A DNA stretch of 64,000 nucleotides from an uncultured delta proteobacterium (GTDB lineage: Bacteria; Desulfobacterota; Binatia; Bin18), in contig CAVTCR010000019.1 of NCBI GenBank assembly GCA_963733195.1, positions 64,001-128,000 of the forward strand. Direction: 5' to 3'. Below the pieces are notes generated by a model. It worked only from the letters and a program-made list of their open reading frames with translations, was not told the DNA's origin and did not search any database. Position numbers and translations under genes: made by a program. This document shows positions 46,983 to 55,946 of the stretch, one piece after another. The stretch's first letter is position 1; the number at the start of each line of letters is the position of its first letter.

Positions 46983-47079
46983 GGCTAACATGCCGCGCCA
47001 CCGCATCGCCGCCCGGTTGCGGATCTGCTGAAGCTGAAAGGCCGCGTTTGGGCGGCTCGCGGTGCGCGGGGCGTTAGAC
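46983..47079 (+). mobile_element. attC-like site (family member B, best preserved)
   Basis: GGCTAAC...CGCGCCACCGCATCGCCGCCC / GGGCGGCTCGCGGTGCGCG...GTTAGAC; imperfect palindrome with unpaired bases. Confidence 0.78.
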
Positions 47080-47100
47080 TCCAAAACAACAAACAGAGAG

Positions 47101-47950
47101 ATGACCATGCAATTTGGAATCTATGTCCCAAACTTTGGAGAGAACGGAGACCCCCACAACCTTTTGACCCTTGCCGAGTGAGGCCGAAGCTGCTGGCTGA
47201 GATGGCTTCTTTCTCTGAGAGCACCTCCTCCACGATTCTCGGGAGGCTGATATCCTGGTCGGGGACGCTCTGGAATCGCTGGCCGCCATCGTGGCCCGAA
47301 CGGAGCGAATGCGACTGGGTCCGATGATTACTCCCGTTGAATGTCGATCAGCCCCTGGAAGCTGACGCTTGAATTGGTGTAGCTTCATCAACCGCCTGTC
47401 ACTCGGAGGCGCGATCCTGGGACTTGGCCTGAGGGCACCGGCAGATGCGGAATTTCAATGCTTTGGCGAAGATCCTGCGGATCGAGTGCGAGCGCGCAAG
47501 CTTGACGAAGCGCTAGGTATTCTCGACGGGCTGGAACGTGGGGAGAGCTTCCACCGAGCAAGGGGAGTATTTCCACATTGAAGGAAGTGACATTCAACGC
47601 ACCCGACCGGTGAAGACGCCACACGCTCGGATCTGGGTAGCTGGCTTTTGGCCCAATAAGGCCCCACTGCGCCGGGCCGCGCGCTGGGAACGGAAGTTTT
47701 CCTTTGAAGATGCCCCCTGTACCCATAATAGGCCTCTCGCCAAGCAACATTACGTGGTCGGCCTTGTGGCTTACCCCGGACAGAGCTGCGGGAGAGCATC
47801 ACCTTCGTGAGGCAGCACCGCACCACGGATGGGCACTTTGACATCGTTGCCAGTGGCGCGACGTCAGTCAACGAGTGAAGCAAGTCAGCAAGAGATCGTC
47901 ACTGCCTTCCGGGAGGCTGGGCGACCTGTGGCTGGAGTGGCTTGAGAACA
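47101..47950 (+). pseudogene. Degraded LLM-class flavin oxidoreductase
   Basis: MQFGIYVPNFG, EAEAAG*DGFFL*EH, RLGPMITP, IWVAGFWPNKAPLRRAARW; internal stops and frameshifts; end approximate. Confidence 0.75.
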
Positions 47951-48637
47951 GCGAGAGGACTTTTGTGTTGAATATGAAGGACAGCTGGCGGCGGACAGAG
48001 CGCAGAGCGGGCGTGAGTAGCGTAGCCCGGATGAAATCCGGGATTCCTAGCGCAATTTGCATCTGCATGAGTCCAGGCCTCACAAGAAATGGGTGGATGA
48101 CGTCCTCTGCATTCTTGTCGGGTGGAAAGACAGGGTAAAAGACCTGCTCTATGCGCCCGTTGCAGAGGATGAGCGTGAGCCGTTTGATTAAGATCATCGA
48201 CCCTACGGCAAATGTAGGCAGTCGTAAGGCATTGGCAAAGACCAGCCGCTCGTCGCTCAAGAGTTCGAACGGGAGATGCAGTCGCTTGACGGCTTCACGT
48301 TGATAGTCCGTATCCTGGGTGCTCAGCCAAAGACCTGTGCCCCGAAGGTTTGCAGTTCACGGTAGTGGTCCCGAAAGGCGCAGGATTGTGGGGTGCAGCC
48401 TCTGGCTCCCGGGATCTCGTTCCAGCCGGTGGGCGGCTCTCGGTCCGGGTGGCCCGTACGCGGATAACAGTAGACGACGGTTCTGCCAGTGAGACTCGAT
48501 AGATCGACGAGGCGCCCTGCCGTCGAGGGCAGCGGGACAGAAGGAAGGGACATGCCTGGGAGATGGTTGCACGTCCCGTCATCGCGCGGAACCGGAAGAT
48601 CCTTGGGCAGCTCGTACAGATTATCCGATCTCGGCAT
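47868..48637 (-). CDS. Peroxiredoxin (AhpC/TSA, BCP-like); frameshift near 48325; C-terminus runs into a REP region
   Basis: YCYPRTG, WNEIPGARGCTPQSCAFRD, KRLTLI, FYPVFPPD. Confidence 0.8.
48022..48083. repeat. GTAG-type REP (decayed pair)
   Basis: gtagcccggatgaaatccggga; related to 49415-49475. Confidence 0.6.
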
Positions 48638-48662
48638 ACGTTCCTCCTTTCCATGCTCCGTT

Positions 48663-49052
48663 TCACAGAGCAATTTCAACTGAGACTGTAGTGTAAGAAA
48701 CCCGTGGCGATTTACGACCACGCTTCTGTGGTCCGGCCTTTTCTTCTCCAAGATCGATGAGTCCTAGACGGGCAAGAAGGTGAACATCTGTATTGACATT
48801 CTTGAAGTCTCTTCCCGCCAGCGTAGCTAACGCCTTGATCGACTCGGGCCGTTCCTTGTGGATAAGGCGCAGCAATTCGAGCCGACGGTCAGTCAGCACC
48901 TGACGAAGTTCCTCCAACGAGGTGAAATATAACGTGTCCTGCGACCAGTGCGGATCTCGTTCCTCGTGATCCAATCGTCGCGCGATTTTCTTTTCTTCTT
49001 CCCACACCTCCTTCCACGGTTTCACAACAACATGGATTTTACGGGGCTTCAT
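48663..49052 (-). CDS. Winged-HTH DNA-binding protein (HVO_A0114-like putative antitoxin)
   Basis: FTSLEELRQVLTDRRLELLR, SIKALATLAGRDFKNVNTDVHLL. Confidence 0.78.
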   Translation of the reverse strand: MKPRKIHVVVKPWKEVWEEEKKIARRLDHEERDPHWSQDTLYFTSLEELRQVLTDRRLELLRLIHKERPESIKALATLAGRDFKNVNTDVHLLARLGLIDLGEEKAGPQKRGRKSPRVSYTTVSVEIAL

Positions 49053-49344
49053 TACTTTCTTCCTCTTCAAGCAGACGTGTGCAGTTTTGTTCAAAATCGT
49101 CCAGGAGCTTCTCTATACTCTGAAACATATAGGGTTCTTCGACTCCACGCAGATGACGATGAGAACCTTTCGGCCAATGATTGTCATACCCTATCAACTC
49201 CTCGCCATTAGCTGGATCGACTAAGAAACAGCGAAACCGATAACCCTCAGGAGTTTTAGAACTTACAGGCACTTGGTAAATCGCCACCTCCATGATGTAG
49301 CCTTTGCGGTAGACTTTGAACGCCCGGAGCGGTTGACGTTTCAT
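49039..49344 (-). CDS. DUF6516-like putative toxin
   Basis: PEGYRFR, IGYDNHWPKGSHRH, PYMFQSIEKLLDDF; overlaps the HTH gene. Confidence 0.72.
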   Translation of the reverse strand: MKRQPLRAFKVYRKGYIMEVAIYQVPVSSKTPEGYRFRCFLVDPANGEELIGYDNHWPKGSHRHLRGVEEPYMFQSIEKLLDDFEQNCTRLLEEEESNEAP

Positions 49345-49373
49345 CCTATGGTTTTCTACGCCATAGGTAGAAA
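49345..49373. promoter_or_regulatory. Overlapping inverted repeats upstream of the TA-like pair (candidate operator)
   Basis: CCTATGG...CCATAGG and TTTCTAC...GTAGAAA. Confidence 0.45.
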
Positions 49374-49414
49374 GCTAGCAATAGCTTTGCGGGTCGAGGC
49401 GATGAAGAAGCGAG

Positions 49415-49475
49415 GTAGCCCGGCTGCAATCCGGGACTTCTGCTCCTGGATTTTGCTGCGCGCCATCCAGGCTAC
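49415..49475. repeat. GTAG-type REP pair
   Basis: gtagcccggctgcaatccggga ... tcctggattttgctgcgcgccatccaggctac. Confidence 0.7.
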
Positions 49476-49561
49476 GTCGCTGTGGTAGACTGGACACGAG
49501 TGGCGCGCCATCAGCGCTGTACCATGCGGCCACCGACGACGATGTTCTTCATCAAGGATCG

Positions 49562-50614
49562 CTACAGATCCTTCACCGCGGGAATCACTTTCTCTGCGAA
49601 GTTCCGTAGATACTCTGCGGACTTCTCCCAGCTCATACCCGCTCGCTTAGCCATCAAGTGCAGCTCGTCGGGCGCTCCGTTGGCGAAGACTTCACGAAGC
49701 TCACCTATTGCTTGTTCAGGCGTGACGAAGAGCCGTTGCCAGTTGGGCAGGTCTTCCGGCTTCTCGGGAATCGTATCCATCAGCAGTGCAGTATACGGGT
49801 GGACGCCCTGGCGCTCGTAGTGGAAGCTGGCAAACGCTCCCTCGCGATGCTCTGCCCATGCCTTCTCCGGATCGTCGGTGACGAAACAACTCCCGAAGGT
49901 ATTGATCTTGGCAGACTTGGGATTGCGGCCGTTTCTCTCACACGCCGCTCGCCAGCCTTGAAGCCATCGCTGCCATAGATCACCTCCGGTGAGGCTCGTG
50001 AAGAAGCCGCCCCATGCTCCAACGTCAAGGCCGAGCCGTGCCACGCGATTCATCGCCTTCGGGGTGAATGCCGCGACAACGAAGGTCGGCGGGTGCGGTT
50101 TCTGCAGCGGCTTGGGATTGAGCCAGACGCCTTCGAGATCCCAGTGTTTCCCGTGGAAATCAAACGGCCGGTCTTCGGTCCAACAGCGCAGCAGGATATC
50201 CAACCCTTCTTCGAGGAGACTTGGCCGATGCTTTGGGTTCAACCCGAGCATCCGGAACTCCATGTCGAACGTTTGCCCAACTTGGCCGATGCCGATGTCG
50301 AGGCGGCCATTGGAGAGAATGTCGAGCACAGCGAGTTGCTCTGCCAGGAGCACCGGGTGATAGAACGGCAGCTGAATGATGTTCGAACAGATGCGGACCC
50401 GGTGGGTGTGCATCGCTGCGGCGGTCATCGTTACCGCGATGCCCGGGTTGTAGCCTTCAGGGTCGCCGTGGTGCTCGCAGAGGCTGATCGAATCGAAGCC
50501 TAACCGTTCCATCTCCTGCATGTGGTCGAAAGCGCTGGAGTATAATGCCGGCCAAGGCTGGAACCACTCGCTCTTGGGAGGATTGCGAAAATCGTACAAG
50601 ACGCCAAATTTCAT
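49562..50614 (-). CDS. LLM-class flavin-dependent oxidoreductase
   Basis: GFDSISLCEHH, HPVLLAEQLAVLDILSNGRLDIGIG, PKPLQKPHPP. Confidence 0.88.
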   Translation of the reverse strand: MKFGVLYDFRNPPKSEWFQPWPALYSSAFDHMQEMERLGFDSISLCEHHGDPEGYNPGIAVTMTAAAMHTHRVRICSNIIQLPFYHPVLLAEQLAVLDILSNGRLDIGIGQVGQTFDMEFRMLGLNPKHRPSLLEEGLDILLRCWTEDRPFDFHGKHWDLEGVWLNPKPLQKPHPPTFVVAAFTPKAMNRVARLGLDVGAWGGFFTSLTGGDLWQRWLQGWRAACERNGRNPKSAKINTFGSCFVTDDPEKAWAEHREGAFASFHYERQGVHPYTALLMDTIPEKPEDLPNWQRLFVTPEQAIGELREVFANGAPDELHLMAKRAGMSWEKSAEYLRNFAEKVIPAVKDL

Positions 50615-50709
50615 GACTCTCCTCCTTTGACAAAAAAATGGAATGTCTCCTTTTCCCCTTCGCCCTCCTGAATTAGACCGCAAAAGATTGGGATACAAGG
50701 CCTGTCGCC

Positions 50710-51387
50710 CTATGAGTTTCGATTTAGCAGAGCAGACAAGTCATACTCCAGTAGCTCGCCGATCCGCTCAACGGTCACATCTGCTGGCGGATAGGTAGCG
50801 AGTACTTGTGGGTCGTGTGCATAGTGCCCCTGTCGCGGAAATACGGTCGTCACACGTGTGCCCCAGATCTTCTTGATGGCCGTTAAGATGCGCAGCTTGT
50901 CATCCACCAGCACGTAGTGCGAGGCTGGGTAGCGGCGCTCGACATCATCAAGTTCCAGCTCTTTATGGACATAGATCAGCACGTTCTTCTCCACCGCTTC
51001 AAACAACCCGGCCCGCTCAATTTTACGCGGTTGGAAAACCACATCACCATCCGAAAGAATAACCACTGGACCCCACTCTTTACATTGATCGATCACATCG
51101 AGGGCATTCGGGTACAGTCGGTTGGCGAAGGGGTAGTTCACTAAGTAAGACGAGACGGTTAAGAGATGTGGATCACGGGGATGTTCAATCCGATACCGCT
51201 GCAACGCGCCGAGGTAGTCAGCATAGCCGAGTTGGGAACGTAATTCCTCGAAGATCGTCCAGTATCGTTGTTGACGTTCATGTCCTACTTCACGTTCGAG
51301 ATGGCGCTTCAGATCAGTAGTGACACGGTCGTTGTCAAGCAACGTATTATCGACATCGAAAAGAAACACGACCTGGTGCATAGCCAT
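50710..51387 (-). CDS. HAD-family hydrolase
   Basis: FDVDNTL, LSDGD, VDDK. Confidence 0.85.
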   Translation of the reverse strand: MAMHQVVFLFDVDNTLLDNDRVTTDLKRHLEREVGHERQQRYWTIFEELRSQLGYADYLGALQRYRIEHPRDPHLLTVSSYLVNYPFANRLYPNALDVIDQCKEWGPVVILSDGDVVFQPRKIERAGLFEAVEKNVLIYVHKELELDDVERRYPASHYVLVDDKLRILTAIKKIWGTRVTTVFPRQGHYAHDPQVLATYPPADVTVERIGELLEYDLSALLNRNS

Positions 51388-51749
51388 GAGACCTCCTCTT
51401 TTGCTATCTGACCTGGACCATCTATTTCATCGTGAGAACGATATGGACAGCGTCTCTAACAACAGTATCACAGGAAGCGCTCTTCACTGAAATCCACAGA
51501 AGGGTTCTCATAACCGTCGCGTTGCTCAGAATGACAAGACCGATTGGTTGCATCGTAAAGTGTACCAAGGTCGGATAGTTTGATTTAATTGCCACTGCTG
51601 CCTCACAACAGCGGAGTAGCTTGCCATTTGTTTACTTCTTCGCTTGTTTATCTGAGGCAGCGACGGCAAAAATATTCACGTCAATGGGGTCATCGGTCGC
51701 TACAACATTGGCGAGCTAAGGTAGTACGGGTAGCGCCCTCAGTGGGGTG

Positions 51750-52979
51750 TTATGCGTCTTGTTGCGCTCGCATTTCGGTTGCGTAAAAATCCATCGTGTC
51801 TATATCTTTGTCTGATTCTTTGGGTTTGCCGAGCAGTTTCAGCCACAGAAAACCGCTTGCCCCAGCTATCAGTGAAGCCAGCAAGATGGCCATCTTCGAG
51901 GCGTTGATCGCTTCCAAGTTTCCAACAAAAGCCAGATTCGTAATAAAAATTGACATCGTGAAACCAATGCCGCCAAGCAGTCCCGCACCGCAAACGTGCC
52001 ACCAGTTCAAATCGAGTGGTAATTTGCAAATGCCGAGGGTAACGGCGACGAAACTCAACAGTGTAATGCCTAAAGGTTTGCCAAAAACTAACCCGCCGAT
52101 GATACCCAAACTATTTGCGCTCGTTAAGTTTTGCGCCCAATCCGTGCCGATGACGATGCCCGTATTTGCCAGTGCGAAAATCGGTAAAATGACGAAAGCG
52201 ACGGGCTTGTGCAAAAAATGCTCAAGCTGATGCGAAGGTGATTCTTCGTCGTCTTCTTTGGCGGAAAATGGCATCGCAAATGCCAGCAAAACTCCAGTGA
52301 TCGTCGCGTGAACACCGGAGTTCAACATCAAAAGCCACATCAACGCGCCGCCGAGCAAATACGGCATGAGCGACATCACACGAAAAAAATAATTCAGCAC
52401 GATGAGCAAGCCAAAAACAGCTATCGCACCAAGTAAGTAGGCAACCGAAAGTTGCGCTGTGTAGAAGACGGCGATGACGATAATCGCGCCTAAATCGTCC
52501 ATCACCGCCAGTGCGGCCAAAAAAACTTTCAAAGACGCGGGAACGTGGCTACCCAAAAGTGCGAGAACACCCAAAGCAAAAGCGATGTCAGTCGCCATCG
52601 GAATCCCGATTCCAGGTTGCGTTGGTGTTCCCGCATTCAAGACAAAGTGAATTAATGCAGGCAAACAAAGACCACCGACGGCCGCGAAAATCGGCAGCAG
52701 CGCATTTTTGAAATTCGAGAGTTCACCGTTATAAAGCTCGCGTTCGAGTTCTAATCCGATGAGCAAAAAGAAAATCGCCATCAGCGCGTCGTTAATCCAA
52801 TGCTCGACACTCAAACCGCCGACATACATTTGCCAAATACTTAAATACTTCGCGCCGAGAATCGAATTGGCGAGCAGAAGCGAAACACCTGTACAGATGA
52901 TCAGCAAAATGCCACTCGACTTTTCCGACTCGAAAAAGTCTTTGAAGGTGTTTGATAATTTTCTCTGTACAACACTCAT
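51750..52979 (-). CDS. nhaA: Na+/H+ antiporter NhaA
   Basis: WINDALMAIFF, PMATDIAF, AVMDDLG, SGVHAT, GKPLG, GIGFTMSIFI. Confidence 0.93.
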   Translation of the reverse strand: MSVVQRKLSNTFKDFFESEKSSGILLIICTGVSLLLANSILGAKYLSIWQMYVGGLSVEHWINDALMAIFFLLIGLELERELYNGELSNFKNALLPIFAAVGGLCLPALIHFVLNAGTPTQPGIGIPMATDIAFALGVLALLGSHVPASLKVFLAALAVMDDLGAIIVIAVFYTAQLSVAYLLGAIAVFGLLIVLNYFFRVMSLMPYLLGGALMWLLMLNSGVHATITGVLLAFAMPFSAKEDDEESPSHQLEHFLHKPVAFVILPIFALANTGIVIGTDWAQNLTSANSLGIIGGLVFGKPLGITLLSFVAVTLGICKLPLDLNWWHVCGAGLLGGIGFTMSIFITNLAFVGNLEAINASKMAILLASLIAGASGFLWLKLLGKPKESDKDIDTMDFYATEMRAQQDA

Positions 52980-53142
52980 AATCGTCTTTCGGTCAAAGTA
53001 TCAAAACCGGGATACTCCTAATATGCCCAAGTCTCACCCTTTTGTGCACGAAAGCTTGCCTCTCTTCGTACTGATCGTCGCACTCATTGCCGCCGACATT
53101 CCAAGGTAAGATCCTGACAATGCACGAACTATATGGGTGGGC

Positions 53143-54297
53143 CTAATGTCCGCCTATTCCTGGAATAAACGGTAATACGATCGAGAGGGTAATTAAGAGG
53201 ATGATAATCCATTCCAAGATTTCCATGCGGTGACTGGCCGCCTGATCGTTCATTTTTTCGTAGAGACTCTCAAGCGTTTGCAGCTTGCGAAGAATGCTGG
53301 TATCCCAGTCCGCCAGATGAAAGCGTTCAGACGCTGCACGATAGACCCGTGCCAGGTATTGATCTCCTAAGAGTTTGAGCGCGTTGTTCACTCCCTCAAA
53401 CAGCAGTGCGCTGTCGATGTGGAATTGCGCGATCTCGTGCAAGCTCGCACGATAAGACCCGGGAACCCACAACGATCTCCCGAGGCGGGATGAGACCGTT
53501 TCGTACGACCGTTCCAACGCCTCATCAAGGAGTTGATCAAGGAAGCGCATTTCTAATAACTCAACATTGGCGAATTCCAGGACGGAACAAACATCAGCGC
53601 CGTCCCGGTCCACCACAAGCGCAGCATGCCAGTCGATAATCGTCACATCGTCGGGGCTGAACGATAAGCAGCGAGATAATGCGTCTTGCCTCTCTTGTGC
53701 GGACAATTCTTGTCGCTCGGCGCGCAGCATCCGGGCGATTACCGGTGCATGCACCGTGCGCAAGGTATCGGGCGCACACGGTGTGACAAAGGATTCGATG
53801 TGAAAAATCACGTAGTCTTCAACTATATCGGCAACCTGGGGTTTGACGAGGGCAGCATGGATAACCGTGAGCAACTGCTCCACACGTTGACGCGAATCCG
53901 CTAGCAGTCGCTCGTTGTTGTACAACTCTTCACTAAGGGTGCAGAGTCCAGAGAGCGAACCCATAAGGGGAATACTATACATAACGGACACCGCACCGAA
54001 GTCATACAGCACCACGTCAACATCAGCGTGGCTCCGATGCATTCCTAACGGCAATGGCTCTGCCGCTTGCGTCACACGCACGGGGGCGGGATGATACTCA
54101 AAATGCGCAGGTGCGGGATGTTGCCGCTTGATACCGCCACGCTGCGTCGCGCTACTGATTGACCGCTCTGCCTCGTCAAGATTAATGGCAAAAGCGATAT
54201 CGTAGGCGAATAAGGCGTAACACGTCCCCTGTTTAACAGAGACGGACTTTGTCGCGACTGCGGGCGAGGCATTTTCTAGTGCTTTGGAGTCTGGCAT
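53143..54297 (-). CDS. Conserved hypothetical protein (RMD1/DUF155-like) with a C-terminal TM segment
   Basis: VLEFANVELLEMR, GDQYLARVY, MEILEWIIILLI. Confidence 0.6.
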   Translation of the reverse strand: MPDSKALENASPAVATKSVSVKQGTCYALFAYDIAFAINLDEAERSISSATQRGGIKRQHPAPAHFEYHPAPVRVTQAAEPLPLGMHRSHADVDVVLYDFGAVSVMYSIPLMGSLSGLCTLSEELYNNERLLADSRQRVEQLLTVIHAALVKPQVADIVEDYVIFHIESFVTPCAPDTLRTVHAPVIARMLRAERQELSAQERQDALSRCLSFSPDDVTIIDWHAALVVDRDGADVCSVLEFANVELLEMRFLDQLLDEALERSYETVSSRLGRSLWVPGSYRASLHEIAQFHIDSALLFEGVNNALKLLGDQYLARVYRAASERFHLADWDTSILRKLQTLESLYEKMNDQAASHRMEILEWIIILLITLSIVLPFIPGIGGH

Positions 54298-54557
54298 ATC
54301 ATCACTATGTCTTACGAAGAGAATCGCTCCATACCCTGAGTATTAGGTCATTCCGATTCTCCATGCAATTCGGAAACCGCCCACAACAGCTCGACGAGTC
54401 CGAAGGAAAGTGGCTCAATAGCCCCAATAACTTAATTTACCGCTCTGACAGACGAGCGTCTATCGTATTCGGCTGAACATTCCTGACGTCCGGCCAATTT
54501 CGGCAATAAAATAATAAGCGCATAATCGAATGAGGCTATGAAGCAATGGAGGAACCA

Positions 54558-55325
54558 ATGAGACTCGCAGGAAAAATTGCTCTTATCACTGGTAGCAGCA
54601 AAGGAATTGGCCGCTCCATCGCTGAACGCTTCGCCCAAGAAGGCGCTGATGTCGTCATCAACTACAACCGCACTCCGGGTGGAGCAGAGGAAGCGTTACG
54701 CAATGTCGAAGCGGCTGGTCGTCGTGGGTTGATCGTCAAAGCCGATCTCTCGAACACGACAGAGGTGCGAAAGCTCGTCGCCACCGCGATCGAACATTTC
54801 GGACGGCTCGACATTCTCGTCAACAACGCCGGCATCGAAACCCACGCACCATTCTGGGAGGTGACAGAGGAAGACTACGACCGTGTACTGAACGTCAACC
54901 TGAAAGGTGTCTTTTTCACCACACAAGAAATTGTTCGTCATCTCATCGCCACCAAACGCCCCGGCAAGATTGTCAACATCAGCTCGGTCCACGAAGAATT
55001 GCCCTTCCCCAACTTTGCCGCCTATTGCGCCAGCAAGGGCGGTCTCAAAATGCTGACCCGCAACTTGAGTGTCGAGCTCGGACAGTTTGGCATCACCATC
55101 AATTCAATTGCGCCGGGTGCGATTGAGACACCAATCAATACCAAACTGCTCAATGATCCACAGAAACTTGGCGCGCTGTTAACCCAGATTCCTCTCGCAC
55201 GACTGGGAAAGCCCAATGATGTGGCCGGACTCGCAACCTTCTTGGCCTCGTCTGACGCTGACTATGTCACAGGTTCGACGTATTTCATCGACGGCGGGCT
55301 GACCTGGAATTACCAGGAACAATAG
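54558..55325 (+). CDS. Glucose 1-dehydrogenase-like SDR
   Basis: TGSSKGIG, NNAG, SSVHE, YCASKGG, PGAIETPIN. Confidence 0.88.
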   Translation: MRLAGKIALITGSSKGIGRSIAERFAQEGADVVINYNRTPGGAEEALRNVEAAGRRGLIVKADLSNTTEVRKLVATAIEHFGRLDILVNNAGIETHAPFWEVTEEDYDRVLNVNLKGVFFTTQEIVRHLIATKRPGKIVNISSVHEELPFPNFAAYCASKGGLKMLTRNLSVELGQFGITINSIAPGAIETPINTKLLNDPQKLGALLTQIPLARLGKPNDVAGLATFLASSDADYVTGSTYFIDGGLTWNYQEQ

Positions 55326-55536
55326 TCACGATGAATACACGTGATACTCTGTCAGAGTGATTTTGAGGGGTTCCAGTCCATCATGCCGACGCAGCCTGTC
55401 CCAGGTTCTACCGGGAGCAAGCATCCAGAAATCTCAAGCAAAAACCGTCCGCTAAGCCGCCTGGATTCCGCTTCCGTGGGAATGACGTTCCCTGCCCTCC
55501 CTCAAAATCATTGTGATGCAACACTGTAGTGACTAT
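55322..55536. mobile_element. MITE-like element enclosing a decayed REP pair
   Basis: ATAGTCAC/GTGACTAT and TGATTTTGAGGG/CCCTCAAAATCA inverted pairs; inner ctggattccgcttccgtgggaatgac; end resembles the 43165 element. Confidence 0.55.
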
Positions 55537-55639
55537 CGATTAGTCGAGTGAGCAAGGGACATATTGCTATGAGCCAACCGACCCAGCTATCAGTAACAAC
55601 ACCTGCGTCTCCCTTTCCTGCTCGCTGTGCGATGTCTAC

Positions 55640-55917
55640 CCTCTTTAGTGACTGCCGGAAAAACACAAGGAGTACAACCTGGAACAGCGCTGACTGCCGT
55701 TGCCTCGATGGGCTATTTCGGCTTCCTGGTCGGACCGCCACTGATCGGCCTGGTGGCAGAGGTGACGAGCTTGCCAGTCGCGCTCGGGATCGTGAGCGCC
55801 TGCTGTGCAATCGTCGCGATACGTGCCAGTGCAGTAGGCAAGTCACTTCAAAAGAGAGTCGGGAACGGTCTTCGATCTTATTCCGGCCTACGGCAGAGTA
55901 AGTGTAGGCCGGAATAA
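55640..55917 (+). pseudogene. C-terminal fragment of an MFS transporter
   Basis: AVASMGYFGFLVGPPLIGLVAEVTSLPVALG; no N-terminal part. Confidence 0.65.
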
Positions 55918-55933
55918 GCATAGCGTTTCCGGC
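55877..55933. repeat. GTAG-type REP pair
   Basis: cttattccggcctac ... gtaggccggaataag (perfect 15-bp inverted repeat). Confidence 0.75.
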
Positions 55934-55946
55934 AACCCGAGACTTA

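Noticed and set aside
47101-47225. TGA-to-Trp recoding or selenocysteine
   Set aside because: TGA is a normal stop in many genes here, other Trp codons are TGG, and the gene also has frameshifts
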